NCBI GenBank assembly: GCA_963675755.2
Contig: CAXXMD010000002.1
Coordinates: forward strand, 2,240,001 to 2,304,000
Reading direction: 5' to 3'
DNA: 64,000 bases
DNA from: a bacterium
Lineage (GTDB): Bacteria > Zhuqueibacterota > Zhuqueibacteria > Residuimicrobiales > Krinioviventaceae
In this document: positions 31,846-41,630 of the stretch, piece by piece
How the letters are laid out: the number at the start of each line of letters is the position of its first letter
Position numbering within the stretch: the first letter of the stretch is position 1
Translations under genes and position numbers: made by a program
The notes under the pieces: generated by a model
Told to the model about the DNA's origin: nothing
Databases searched by the model: none
The model's input: the letters and a program-made list of their open reading frames with translations, nothing else

Positions 31846-32544
31846 ATGTTCAAGATACAGATAAAAACATGTGCAGTAATTATTATGATGTTGGTCTTTT
31901 TTAACATCTGCTTTGCTGCCGATAACGAGATTGAAATAGAGAATATCACTCCCTCATTTCAAAATGATAGTCTGTATATTAATGCGCAATTTTCAAATCT
32001 TTTCTCCAGCAAAAACCTAAGCACACTACAAAGCGGCTTACAATCCCTGATAAAGATTGATTTGGAATTATTAGAACATGGCGGCAACGAAAATCTCATA
32101 TCCGGAACATCTACGCTTGCGGAAATAGAAGTGGGCATGAGCCTGATGTATAATATTTGGGACGAGGTGTATTACATTACCGATCAAAACAACAGGCGTT
32201 CCTTTTCAACTTTGGATGATTTTATTAAAAATGCGTCTACAATCCAAAATCTGCCGCTATTAAATCAAGCTTTACTAAAATCTAATGCACGCTATTCAGT
32301 CAGAATAATGGTACAATTCTTTCCCATTTCTGAACAACAAAAAGACAAAGTTGAAGCCTGGTTAAGAAATCCCAATAAAACCAAATATACGCTGGCTTCC
32401 GATGAAAGAGCAAACCGTTTTCAACTCACATCAGGAAAAATGGTTTCACTTTTCCTGGGAGGCAAAAGCAGACCCAAAAACAGTTCAAAATGGTTTTCAT
32501 CCGATGTTTTTAATATCACTCAATTAACAGGGCAAAATCAATGA
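31846..32544 (+). CDS. DUF4390-like periplasmic protein
   Basis: Signal peptide; TLQSGL, YNIWDEVY; directly upstream of an NtrY-like kinase as usual for DUF4390. Confidence 0.65.
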   Translation: MFKIQIKTCAVIIMMLVFFNICFAADNEIEIENITPSFQNDSLYINAQFSNLFSSKNLSTLQSGLQSLIKIDLELLEHGGNENLISGTSTLAEIEVGMSLMYNIWDEVYYITDQNNRRSFSTLDDFIKNASTIQNLPLLNQALLKSNARYSVRIMVQFFPISEQQKDKVEAWLRNPNKTKYTLASDERANRFQLTSGKMVSLFLGGKSRPKNSSKWFSSDVFNITQLTGQNQ

Positions 32545-34361
32545 TTCATATCCGTGTAAAATTTATACTGATCCTTCTGTTTTCCATACTGTTACCAATA
32601 GCACCATCCTATTTCCTGGTAAATGGATTGATAAAACAAGGACTGGAAATCGGATTAAACAAAAACGTTGAAACCGCGCTCGAAAACGCCTCTGATTTTT
32701 CAAAACAATTATATGCAAAGCACAAACAGGAAACAGGCAATTTACTTGAAGAATTAAAATCGGTTCATGTCATCACTCAACTCACACAAAACAGACTGAA
32801 CGACCAACAAATCGAAAAATTAAAATTATTTGACATTTATCAGTTAAACCTGTACAACCGTAAATCTGAAATCATTACAGAATATACCATATCCAAGACC
32901 GATTCTCTTCCACTTCCCAAACCCTCACCATTGGATATTGACAATTTCATCAAAGAAAACAAAAATGGTTTTTACAATGTGAGTGATCCCCGATTTATCA
33001 TAGCCTACGCACCTGTAAAATTGAATAACGGGGCCGGTCTTTTGGTAGCAACACGAGTAATGCCGCAAAGTTTTGCCCAATCGGCAAGACATATTGTTGA
33101 AGTAAATCAAATGTTTAAACGACTCGATTTTATCAGCAACGATATCAAACGCGGACTTTTGTTGACATACCTGACCGTATATTTACCAATCACCATTCTT
33201 TCTTTGATTGTGGGTTACAACTTTACCCGCCGCATTACGTCTCCACTGCTCGAGCTTGTTAAAGGTACACAAATTGTTGCAGCAGGTAATTGGGATTACC
33301 GTGTAAAGGTTACTTCAAGAGATGAAGTGGGGCAGCTTGAAGAAGCGTTCAACTCTATGATACAGACCATCAAAGAAAAGCAGAGACAGGCCAAAGAGCA
33401 GGAAGAACAGCGGTTAAAGATTGAAGAAGAAAACCTGCGCAAAACCCGTATTCTTGAACTTTCCCGATTAAAGTCCAAAGCCTTGGTTGAAGAGAACAAA
33501 CGCAAAACCCTTGAACTGGAAAAAGCTCAGGAACTGGAAAAAGCATACAAAGCCCTTGAAGATTCGCACCGTGAACTTCGGGAGACTCAGGCACAACTCA
33601 TCCAATCCGGCAAAATGGCATCTTTGGGTAATCTTGCAGCCGGAGTTGCTCATGAAATCAATAATCCCCTGGGTGCAATTCATAGTGCCGCAGATGTTTC
33701 ACAGCGTGCAATTCATCGAATACTCCCCATGCTTGAATCTGGTGAATCCCTTGCCGAAATTATGGCAAGCAAATCCTTTAATCAATCAGTAGATATTCTC
33801 AAAGGCAATACCCAACTCATTCTCGAAGCCAGCAACCGGGTTGTTACAATTATTAAAAGTCTGAAAACATTTGCCCGCCTTGACGAAGCGGATTTTAAAA
33901 ATGCAGATATCCATGAAGGGCTTGATAGTACATTAATGCTGCTGCATCATGAAATGAAGAACCATATAACCGTTGAAAAAGACTATGGCGACCTTCCCCT
34001 TGTTCCCTGCTACCCCAATGAGCTGAACCAGGTTTTCATGAATATACTTGCAAATGCTACACATGCCATCAAAGAGAATGGTACCATACAAATACAAACG
34101 CAAAAAGACGATTTTTGGGTACATATTAAAATCAAAGATAACGGTGTAGGTATTCCGCATGAAAACCTTGCTAAAATTTTTGATCCCGGTTTTACCACCA
34201 AAGGTGTAGGCGTTGGCACCGGATTAGGGCTGTCCATAAGCTACAATATAATAGAAAAACACCATGGTAGAATACGGGTTGAAAGCGAACCCAATAAAGG
34301 CACAGAATTCATGATCGATCTTCCACTGGACAACTCTAAACAGCAAAAGAAAACGAACTAA
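32541..34361 (+). CDS. Membrane sensor histidine kinase (2 TM, HAMP, HisKA, HATPase)
   Basis: HAMP RDEVGQLEEAFNSM; AHEINNPL; NQVFMNILANA; DNGVG; GTGLGL. Confidence 0.95.
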   Translation: MIHIRVKFILILLFSILLPIAPSYFLVNGLIKQGLEIGLNKNVETALENASDFSKQLYAKHKQETGNLLEELKSVHVITQLTQNRLNDQQIEKLKLFDIYQLNLYNRKSEIITEYTISKTDSLPLPKPSPLDIDNFIKENKNGFYNVSDPRFIIAYAPVKLNNGAGLLVATRVMPQSFAQSARHIVEVNQMFKRLDFISNDIKRGLLLTYLTVYLPITILSLIVGYNFTRRITSPLLELVKGTQIVAAGNWDYRVKVTSRDEVGQLEEAFNSMIQTIKEKQRQAKEQEEQRLKIEEENLRKTRILELSRLKSKALVEENKRKTLELEKAQELEKAYKALEDSHRELRETQAQLIQSGKMASLGNLAAGVAHEINNPLGAIHSAADVSQRAIHRILPMLESGESLAEIMASKSFNQSVDILKGNTQLILEASNRVVTIIKSLKTFARLDEADFKNADIHEGLDSTLMLLHHEMKNHITVEKDYGDLPLVPCYPNELNQVFMNILANATHAIKENGTIQIQTQKDDFWVHIKIKDNGVGIPHENLAKIFDPGFTTKGVGVGTGLGLSISYNIIEKHHGRIRVESEPNKGTEFMIDLPLDNSKQQKKTN

Positions 34362-34410
34362 TGTTTAATTGATTTCTGCCGATACTTATTAAAGTGAAAA
34401 AGGGTAACAA

Positions 34411-34809
34411 ATGGGAGTGAAAACAATGAACAAAATCTTGATAGTAGATGACCAGGAAGAAATTCAGCAATTGCTTTCTGATGCACTGTCTGATCAGGGT
34501 TACAGTGTAACATGCGAGTCTGATGGCGAAGCTGCTCTGGCAAGACTCCAAAAAGATGACTTTCATGTCTTTTTTCTTGATCTTCAGCTGCCGGGTATAA
34601 ATGGTCTTGATTTGTGCCGCCAAATCCGTAAAGACAAAATTGCAGAATGCATTTATGCCATGACCGGCTTTACTTCGGTTTATGACTTTTTGGAATGCCG
34701 AAAAGCGGGGTTCGATGACTATTTTGTTAAACCCCTGGATATAAGATTGATCCTGAAAGCTGCTGATGAAGGATTTGAGAAATTATTACGCTGGACGAAA
34801 AACATGTAA
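34411..34809 (+). CDS. Single-domain response regulator
   Basis: ILIVDD, DLQLPG, MTG, KP. Confidence 0.92.
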   Translation: MGVKTMNKILIVDDQEEIQQLLSDALSDQGYSVTCESDGEAALARLQKDDFHVFFLDLQLPGINGLDLCRQIRKDKIAECIYAMTGFTSVYDFLECRKAGFDDYFVKPLDIRLILKAADEGFEKLLRWTKNM

Positions 34810-35449
34810 GCCTGTAATTCCCATTGTAATTACATGGTTACTGGTTCTTTTCTCCAGTTGTACAAAAACAGAAAAAAATATTCAACCACAATTTAATATA
34901 TCTATGCAATCACCTGATCAAATTAAATTGTGGAAACCTGCATATTTCAATACCGGAGACATATCTGTATCAGACAGTTTGATAATGCTGAAATCATCAA
35001 ACAGCTTGACCGGTATTGTATGGCAGGGTGAAATACCAAAAGTCAATTACGAATTCACCTGCCAGGCAATGCGTAAAAAAGGAAATGACTTTTTTGCCGG
35101 AATCTCTTTTCCGGTAAAAGGCAATTTCTGCACATGGATTAATGGTGGATGGGCTGGTTCGATTGTAGGACTGAGTAATGTTGACTGGTCCCCCGCGTCT
35201 GAAAATTTAACAACAACACACTTTGAATTTCAAAATAATAAATGGTATGCATTAAAACTGCGAGTGACTGCAACCCGTGTTACCGCGTGGATTGATAAGG
35301 AGCAGGTTATAGATCTAAATTATACCAATCACTCACTATCTCTGCATTCCTATATGGAAAATTTAAACACGCTGTCGCTGGCAAGCTGGCAGACAACAGC
35401 GTGTTTCAAAGATATAAAACTGATTTCAATACCTACTGACTCTTTATGA
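34766..35449 (+). CDS. DUF1080 / 3-keto-disaccharide hydrolase-like lipoprotein (start uncertain)
   Basis: Lipobox LFSSC; GNDFFAG, GGWAGSIVGLS, WYALKLRV. Confidence 0.65.
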   Translation: MKDLRNYYAGRKTCKPVIPIVITWLLVLFSSCTKTEKNIQPQFNISMQSPDQIKLWKPAYFNTGDISVSDSLIMLKSSNSLTGIVWQGEIPKVNYEFTCQAMRKKGNDFFAGISFPVKGNFCTWINGGWAGSIVGLSNVDWSPASENLTTTHFEFQNNKWYALKLRVTATRVTAWIDKEQVIDLNYTNHSLSLHSYMENLNTLSLASWQTTACFKDIKLISIPTDSL

Positions 35450-36868
35450 CCGTTCAAGCAGTTTTGCCAGCATCTTGTTTGCAACCTTGGGATTGCTCAA
35501 AACATCCGGTCCGGAAATACAGCCACCTTCACAAGCCATCACTTCTACAAAGTTGCAATCGCAGCCAGACTTGGCCATTTTCTTCAACTCGCGCAGGCTC
35601 TTTTTAGTCAAACCATCTACAAGATAATCATGAATTTCCACCTTACCATCAACACCATGCTTGAGAGCATTGGTAACACCACCGCTGGCGGGAAACCCTC
35701 GGCCCTCTCTTGATGGAACGTGTTCAATCTCAGCATCCTCACATTTCTGTACATCAATATCTGCGGCAACAAATAAAGATCCCAGTTCTTCTATGGTTAA
35801 TACGTAATCTACAAAATCATCTTCTATTGCTTCATTACGTTTTGCAACACAGGGTCCAATAAACACGCGTTTTGCATCAGGATATTTCTCTTTTGCGACT
35901 TGACCGGTATAATGCATAGGTGTAGGCGTATCAGAAACATATTTAGCCAACTCGGGAAAATGCTTTTTAACGGATTCTGTATATGCCGGGCAGCAGGAGG
36001 TTGTCATAAATTTTTCGTTATTCTCCATCCGCTCAATAAATTCGGCTGCCTCATGTTCAGCGGTCATATCTGCACCCAGGGCAACTTCTATCACATGATC
36101 AAAGCCCAGTGTTTTTAAGGCACTGACTATTTTTTCCAGTTCTGCGGAAAACTGTCCAACTATGGCAGGCGCTATCATGGCGATCATTTTTTGTTCAGAT
36201 AACAAAAGTTTTAATACATCAACCAACTGAGAACGCTCCATAATGGCACCAAACGGGCATTCACGCATACATTTCCCACAAAATGTACATTTATCATAAT
36301 CAATCTGCTCTTTACCATCTTCATCTTTGGTAATAGCATCAACCGGGCAGGCTTCCTCACAAGGAACCGGCATATAAATAATAGCATGATATGGACATTC
36401 CTTTAAACATAATCCACAGTTCACACAAAGCTCGGGATCAATTCTGGCCTGTCCATTCACCATTTTAATTGCATTTTTCTTACAATTCATCATACAGGGA
36501 CGCGCCATACATCCCTGGCATGCATTGGTAACAAAATAACTGGTTTGAACACAGGCACTACAAGCCTCGTCAATTACCGTCAAAATAGGATTTTCAATTT
36601 CATCCCGGTTCATGGCGTCATTCGCATAAGCAGACAAAGTCTTTAACTCGTCTGTTTCTTCTTCCACCCGATGCCCCATAAGTGCCATCAGGCGGTATTT
36701 TATTACAGCCCTGTCTTTATGAATACAACAACGCACAGATTTACTGCGTTTGGGAAACATTTCAAGAGGTATTCTGTTTATATTTTCAATATTGCCTGCC
36801 ATAATTAATTTGGCAAGCTTTATCATCAGGTCGCGCCTTATAAGCGTAGCATTGTTCACATAATTCAT
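35444..36868 (-). CDS. Monomeric [FeFe]-hydrogenase with 4Fe-4S ferredoxin domains (HfsD-like)
   Basis: H-cluster motifs TSCCPAY, GPCVAKRNE, EVMACEGGCISG; several CxxCxxCxxxCP; likely start MNYVNN. Confidence 0.92.
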   Translation of the reverse strand: MNYVNNATLIRRDLMIKLAKLIMAGNIENINRIPLEMFPKRSKSVRCCIHKDRAVIKYRLMALMGHRVEEETDELKTLSAYANDAMNRDEIENPILTVIDEACSACVQTSYFVTNACQGCMARPCMMNCKKNAIKMVNGQARIDPELCVNCGLCLKECPYHAIIYMPVPCEEACPVDAITKDEDGKEQIDYDKCTFCGKCMRECPFGAIMERSQLVDVLKLLLSEQKMIAMIAPAIVGQFSAELEKIVSALKTLGFDHVIEVALGADMTAEHEAAEFIERMENNEKFMTTSCCPAYTESVKKHFPELAKYVSDTPTPMHYTGQVAKEKYPDAKRVFIGPCVAKRNEAIEDDFVDYVLTIEELGSLFVAADIDVQKCEDAEIEHVPSREGRGFPASGGVTNALKHGVDGKVEIHDYLVDGLTKKSLRELKKMAKSGCDCNFVEVMACEGGCISGPDVLSNPKVANKMLAKLLERS

Positions 36869-36878
36869 AATTATATCC

Positions 36879-37136
36879 TTATTCCTTTTCAAAAAGCCGG
36901 GTAATATAATCAATCACTTTGGGAATATTGGCCTCACTGATCACATGCCCATTTACCACGACAAAAGGTGATTTTCCTTTTTCAAGGTCTTTACAATAAT
37001 CTAAACAACCGGCACCTTCAATTTCAACACGGTCCGCATACATTTCCGGCAAATGATCATCCAGAGTCAGCAATTCCGAACCTCCCATCACAAAACAGGC
37101 TGTTCCCGTACAAATTACAACTTTGATCTTTTCCAT
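36879..37136 (-). CDS. Thioredoxin-like [2Fe-2S] ferredoxin (NuoE-like)
   Basis: CTGTAC...CLDYC. Confidence 0.85.
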   Translation of the reverse strand: MEKIKVVICTGTACFVMGGSELLTLDDHLPEMYADRVEIEGAGCLDYCKDLEKGKSPFVVVNGHVISEANIPKVIDYITRLFEKE

Positions 37137-37149
37137 AGTTCCTCTTCTC

Positions 37150-38373
37150 TTAGATAAATTGCAGCCGGGTTTCTTTTAAATGCTTTTCTTCCAGCAGCTT
37201 GCGTATTTGTTTAATAATATTACGGCGGATCTCAAGTTCAACCGGCACATTAGGGTCTTGATGCGCATCGTTTATCTTGGTTCCCACTACAAAATGAATA
37301 ATGTCACTATTTAAAAACAGGTCAACCAAACGTGTGGCGCCATTGGGTTGAACCGGGTTCGGATGCAGGTCTTTTTCCAGCAATTCAGTCACTTTTGCCA
37401 TAGTAATAGTACCCTCTGTTACAAGATCCACTCCCTCCATCTCTGACGTGGGAGGCACATCCGGGGAAATATCTTTCAAGTTCACCTTGACATTTCTGTC
37501 CAGCTCGCGTGAAAGAATTTTGGTTGTAGTACCGCCACAAATCACTTTTTTACCGCTAAACGAATTCATAATTTCTGCAAGCTCTTTATCCTTTTTCGGA
37601 TCAATGGGCGGTCCGGTCATAACCAACAACTCGCGTGGCTCACGTACATGGATTACACCACAGGTAATATCATCCGATGCCTTGTATTGGTCATTAGCAT
37701 ATGCTTTTTGAACGATACGATTCGCCAGATCCCTTGCAGAAATCTCTATATCCTTTTCAAACAATCCGCCAATAAATTCCTGTACTGCTTTTTCGCCCCA
37801 TCCCAATGGATACGGTCGCGTTCCCATTCCAGACTGGGTTACACCATCTGAGAACAGGATAATACAGTCACCCATCTCTGCCTGAAAATTGGAAAAATGC
37901 AAGAAATCCTTTTTATGTTCACGTTCTCCCAACTCGATGGTTGATTTGCCTACCGGCATTATTTTATTGTCACGCACAAGGATAAAAGACGGATTATCAT
38001 ACTCTACAATTCGCGTCTGCATGCTTTCATCAATATCCACAATAGAAAATGTGGAATAACTGATCTTGCGTGTTTTACAGACAGGCAGGGTTTTCATAAT
38101 AACCTGTGCGGTCTTTTCAATATCAAATCGATTTGAAATATAATTCAACGCCATTGTGGTTGTCAAAGTAGATAATACATTGGCCTTGATTCCGCTGCCT
38201 AGCCCGTCAGACAAAACAGAAATAGTTCTCCGCTCTTCTTTGTACTTGCGGGACATGAACGTATCGCCGCCAACAAGCTGGTTTTCTTTGAACTTTTGAT
38301 AATAGTCCACTTCTATAAAAGGTCTTTTAGCCATTTTCATCTCTTCTAATCGTTGTGTTAGAATAAGAACCAA
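37150..38373 (-). CDS. SpoIIE-like PP2C Ser/Thr phosphatase (HfsC-like)
   Basis: LSDGLGSGIKA, FSDGV, DDIT, CGGTT. Confidence 0.9.
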   Translation of the reverse strand: MVLILTQRLEEMKMAKRPFIEVDYYQKFKENQLVGGDTFMSRKYKEERRTISVLSDGLGSGIKANVLSTLTTTMALNYISNRFDIEKTAQVIMKTLPVCKTRKISYSTFSIVDIDESMQTRIVEYDNPSFILVRDNKIMPVGKSTIELGEREHKKDFLHFSNFQAEMGDCIILFSDGVTQSGMGTRPYPLGWGEKAVQEFIGGLFEKDIEISARDLANRIVQKAYANDQYKASDDITCGVIHVREPRELLVMTGPPIDPKKDKELAEIMNSFSGKKVICGGTTTKILSRELDRNVKVNLKDISPDVPPTSEMEGVDLVTEGTITMAKVTELLEKDLHPNPVQPNGATRLVDLFLNSDIIHFVVGTKINDAHQDPNVPVELEIRRNIIKQIRKLLEEKHLKETRLQFI

Positions 38374-40057
38374 TTATAGAATCTAGAATAACTTCGGTTT
38401 CTGACGCGTTTTCGCCCAGCAGATAGGCTATCTTTTGCACCGTAGAGAGATTGTTTTCAATGACCTGACGGGCACGGTTTATGATCTGTTCTTTTTGTAT
38501 AGCCGGTTCTGTTACATCCTGAAAAATACCGCCAATAATACGATTGGGTTCTATACTGAACAGGGTCAAATTGAATATTGAATTCTCGTGCTTAATATCC
38601 AGATTTAGTTTTTCAATGCCATCATCTAAAACATTTTTAAAGTAATGGGTAAAAGGGATTATTTTTTCAAGACTTGCACCTTCAAGACCGGGTTTGGCAT
38701 CATAAATATCTTCAACATCTTTGCCCAATAATCGCGCAAAATTCTGATTACATTCTACAATTCTCAAATCTTTATCTACAATAACAACACCTGATGGCAT
38801 AGAACTCAACAATGCGTTTGCCTTTTTATGTGCCAGTTTACGCATATAAGAAACACACATGCCTTGTTCGGCTTTACCATCCAGCATGGCAATTGCAAAA
38901 TCCCGGCAGGTATCGTATCCGCAACCACCACAATTCAACTCGTCTTTTTCTTTTACTTTACCCACAGTCAGCAATGCGTCACGAATCAAAAACTCGTCAT
39001 ACTTTTCCTGTGCCTTGCCGCTTATGTTTTGTGGATTATAAATATTCAACTGCGGGCGTTTCGGGATATCTGAAACAGAATACTCTGCATTTTGTAAAAC
39101 GTTATATCGCTTGGTGATAATAGATTTATTGTCAGTAATTTGCGGGCCGTTAACACATCCGCCTTCACAAGCCAGCATTTCAACAAATACACTCTTTTCC
39201 AGTTTCATGGATTTCAAGTCGGTCAAGGCATCTCTTAGATTATCCAGTCCGGAAAATGCCATAAAACAGGCGTCGGCTTGCGCACAGTTTGCCTTGATCC
39301 CTGCCAGCATTCCACCATCAACAGGATACAGGCTGCCCTCTTTGGCATCATTTGGGATAAAATGATCTTCAGGGGTGGGTTCTAGATCAGCTAAAATAAT
39401 TTCTTCTTTCTCAAACCAGGTTTTCAAATTTTCAAAACTGATGGCAACATCCAACAGCTCATTGAATGTATCGGATTCGAATTTTTTAGAAATACAAGGC
39501 CCGGCAAATACAACCGCAATATCATTTCCATAATTTTCTTTTAACAATGTAGCATGGGCCAGCAATGGAGAATGTAATTCTGTTACATTATCAGCAAATT
39601 CAGGATAATATTTTTTAACAAGCTGAACAACCGTAGGGCATGCGGAAGAAAACATTAAACGCGGTTCACTGTTTTCAATTATATCTGCCACATGCGCGGA
39701 TACTTCCTGGGCACCCAATGCCGTTTCAGACACGCCATAAAAGCCCAGTTTCTTGAGACCATGAATCAATTTATCCTTACTTACATCGCTAAACTCGTTA
39801 ATAAAAGATGGAGCAAGAGACAGAATAACTTTATCTTTCATGCTTATCAATCGTTTTACCCGGCCAACATCATCTCTAACCCGTTTTGCGCCAACAGGGC
39901 ACACTTGCACACATTTACCGCACAAAACACACAGCTCTTGAATAACAGAAGCGCTGCCGTTTTCTACCTGAATCGCTTTATTAGAGCAGGCGCGCACACA
40001 TTTATAGCAATCCTGACACTCGGCCTGTTCTGTATATATAGGGAAATAAGGATTCAT
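38327..40057 (-). CDS. Sensory [FeFe]-hydrogenase with PAS domain (group C, HydS/HfsB-like)
   Basis: SSACP in place of TSCCP, GPCISKKFE, LACEGGCVNG, LNCGGCGYDTC, C-terminal PAS, QKIAYLLGE. Confidence 0.92.
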   Translation of the reverse strand: MNPYFPIYTEQAECQDCYKCVRACSNKAIQVENGSASVIQELCVLCGKCVQVCPVGAKRVRDDVGRVKRLISMKDKVILSLAPSFINEFSDVSKDKLIHGLKKLGFYGVSETALGAQEVSAHVADIIENSEPRLMFSSACPTVVQLVKKYYPEFADNVTELHSPLLAHATLLKENYGNDIAVVFAGPCISKKFESDTFNELLDVAISFENLKTWFEKEEIILADLEPTPEDHFIPNDAKEGSLYPVDGGMLAGIKANCAQADACFMAFSGLDNLRDALTDLKSMKLEKSVFVEMLACEGGCVNGPQITDNKSIITKRYNVLQNAEYSVSDIPKRPQLNIYNPQNISGKAQEKYDEFLIRDALLTVGKVKEKDELNCGGCGYDTCRDFAIAMLDGKAEQGMCVSYMRKLAHKKANALLSSMPSGVVIVDKDLRIVECNQNFARLLGKDVEDIYDAKPGLEGASLEKIIPFTHYFKNVLDDGIEKLNLDIKHENSIFNLTLFSIEPNRIIGGIFQDVTEPAIQKEQIINRARQVIENNLSTVQKIAYLLGENASETEVILDSIIGSYSNTTIRRDENG

Positions 40058-40061
40058 ATTG

Positions 40062-40316
40062 TCAATCTCTAAAATAATAATTCAAAATATCAATGACAGA
40101 ATTGGGATCCACCTGGGTATATTGATCTTTGTTAATGGTAATATTGGGTCCCGATGTGCACTGTCCTTCACATAAACAACCGCACAATTCTACATTGGCC
40201 TCTATCTGATTTTCCTGCATATAATGTTGTATAATTTCCAGGCTGCGTTTATTTCCTCTGGAATAGCAAGAGCTTCCCATACAGATTCGAATTTCAGTAA
40301 TATTGTCTCTACTCAT
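40062..40316 (-). CDS. Thioredoxin-like [2Fe-2S] protein (HfsA-like)
   Basis: CMGSSC...CLCEGQCTSGP; ATG at 40316 follows a GAGGA RBS. Confidence 0.85.
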   Translation of the reverse strand: MSRDNITEIRICMGSSCYSRGNKRSLEIIQHYMQENQIEANVELCGCLCEGQCTSGPNITINKDQYTQVDPNSVIDILNYYFRD

Positions 40317-40317
40317 T

Positions 40318-40959
40318 TTATCCTCTTTGCGGTCCTTCCGCATTGGCGTTAGAAAAAACGTAAAAGATTACGGTTTCCAACTCCATTTCCAAATCCACGT
40401 GATTTATATAAATATCATCCGGCGCTCGTAATGAGATGGGAGAAAAGTTCATAACACCTTTTATACCCGCGCTTACCAGCAGGTCCAGTGTTTCCTGTGC
40501 TGCCAGAGCAGGCACAGCCAGAATTGCAAGCTTGATCTGGTTTTCACGGATAAATGACTCCATTTCGTCTACTGAATATATCGGCACAGTTGCCTCAGAA
40601 TTCAGTTTATTGTCATCTGCATCAAAAGCAGCAACGATTTTGATATTTTCTTTTTCAAAACCGGTATAGTTTAACAAAGCATTGCCAATATTGCCATTCC
40701 CTACCAAAATTACCGGTTGCACTTTGTCTTTGCACAGCAATGTTTCAATTTCTGCCAAAAGCTCATCTATCTGGTATCCTCCTTTTTTATTGCCGGATAT
40801 ACCAAAAACCGAAAAGTCTTTGCGTACCTGCGCAGGATTCACACCCGCCGCATCGGCAAGATTATCAGAGAACACCTTGACTACCCCTACGGACTTTAGT
40901 CTTTTCAGGGCACTTTTGTAACGTGACAACCGGGTCACACTGTTCTTAAATGCATACAT
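40318..40959 (-). CDS. rex: Redox-sensing transcriptional repressor Rex
   Basis: RLSRY, QVRKDFS.FG..G..GY, GNGNIG, AAFD, NFSP. Confidence 0.95.
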   Translation of the reverse strand: MYAFKNSVTRLSRYKSALKRLKSVGVVKVFSDNLADAAGVNPAQVRKDFSVFGISGNKKGGYQIDELLAEIETLLCKDKVQPVILVGNGNIGNALLNYTGFEKENIKIVAAFDADDNKLNSEATVPIYSVDEMESFIRENQIKLAILAVPALAAQETLDLLVSAGIKGVMNFSPISLRAPDDIYINHVDLEMELETVIFYVFSNANAEGPQRG

Positions 40960-40985
40960 TTTCCGCCTCCAACAATTAACGGAAT

Positions 40986-41014
40986 AAATTACACAATAAA
41001 TTTTTTATTGTCAA
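40986..41014 (-). promoter_or_regulatory. Sigma70-type promoter of the rex-hydrogenase operon
   Basis: Minus strand TTGACA (41014-41009), 17 nt, TAATTT (40991-40986). Confidence 0.6.
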
Positions 41015-41016
41015 GT

Positions 41017-41040
41017 TTTATGTGAAAAAAATCACATAAA
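41017..41040. promoter_or_regulatory. Rex operator
   Basis: Palindrome TTTATGTGA-N6-TCACATAAA resembling the Rex box TTGTGAA-N4-TTCACAA, abutting the -35 of rex. Confidence 0.75.
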
Positions 41041-41191
41041 ACTGCAAAATAATCTTCCCCCCCGAATGGCACCATAGCTCCTTAGATTCGGCTGGATTCT
41101 AATACGAAAATTTTAATTCTTGATATCTATTTCAGGAGAGTAAAACTGTTATTCCCAAAAGGAATAATAGCAGTTTAGTACAATCAAATCA

Positions 41192-41479
41192 TTATTCATT
41201 CAAATCATTAATTCCTTTAGCCAGCTCCATGTCCTTCTCTGTTACTCCCCCCTCGCTGTGTGTGCTCAGTGTAATGGTAACCTGGTTCCAGCTATGCAGC
41301 AAAATATCGGGATGATGATCTTTTTCCTCCGCCAACTCTCCAATCTGGTTAACAAAGGCTAATGCTGTTTTAAAATTCTCGAGTTTGAATGCTTTGGTGA
41401 TAAAAGAATCATGGAATTCCCAGCCGGGCATTTCTTGTATGGCTTTTAATATATGTTTATCTGATAATAACATCTTCAT
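41192..41479 (-). CDS. phhB: Pterin-4-alpha-carbinolamine dehydratase
   Basis: AEEKDHHPDI, LSTHSEGGVTEKD. Confidence 0.92.
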   Translation of the reverse strand: MKMLLSDKHILKAIQEMPGWEFHDSFITKAFKLENFKTALAFVNQIGELAEEKDHHPDILLHSWNQVTITLSTHSEGGVTEKDMELAKGINDLNE

Positions 41480-41630
41480 TTACCTCCTTTATTAAAAATA
41501 ACACAATTCATCTTTTGTCCATTCCGGCTGTCAGAAACAATTCCGTATCCACAGATCAAAGGATAAAAGTGTAAATCCGATTTTTCTTGATTTTCAGTTC
41601 GTGTATCCGTATTATTAACATTGGACACAC

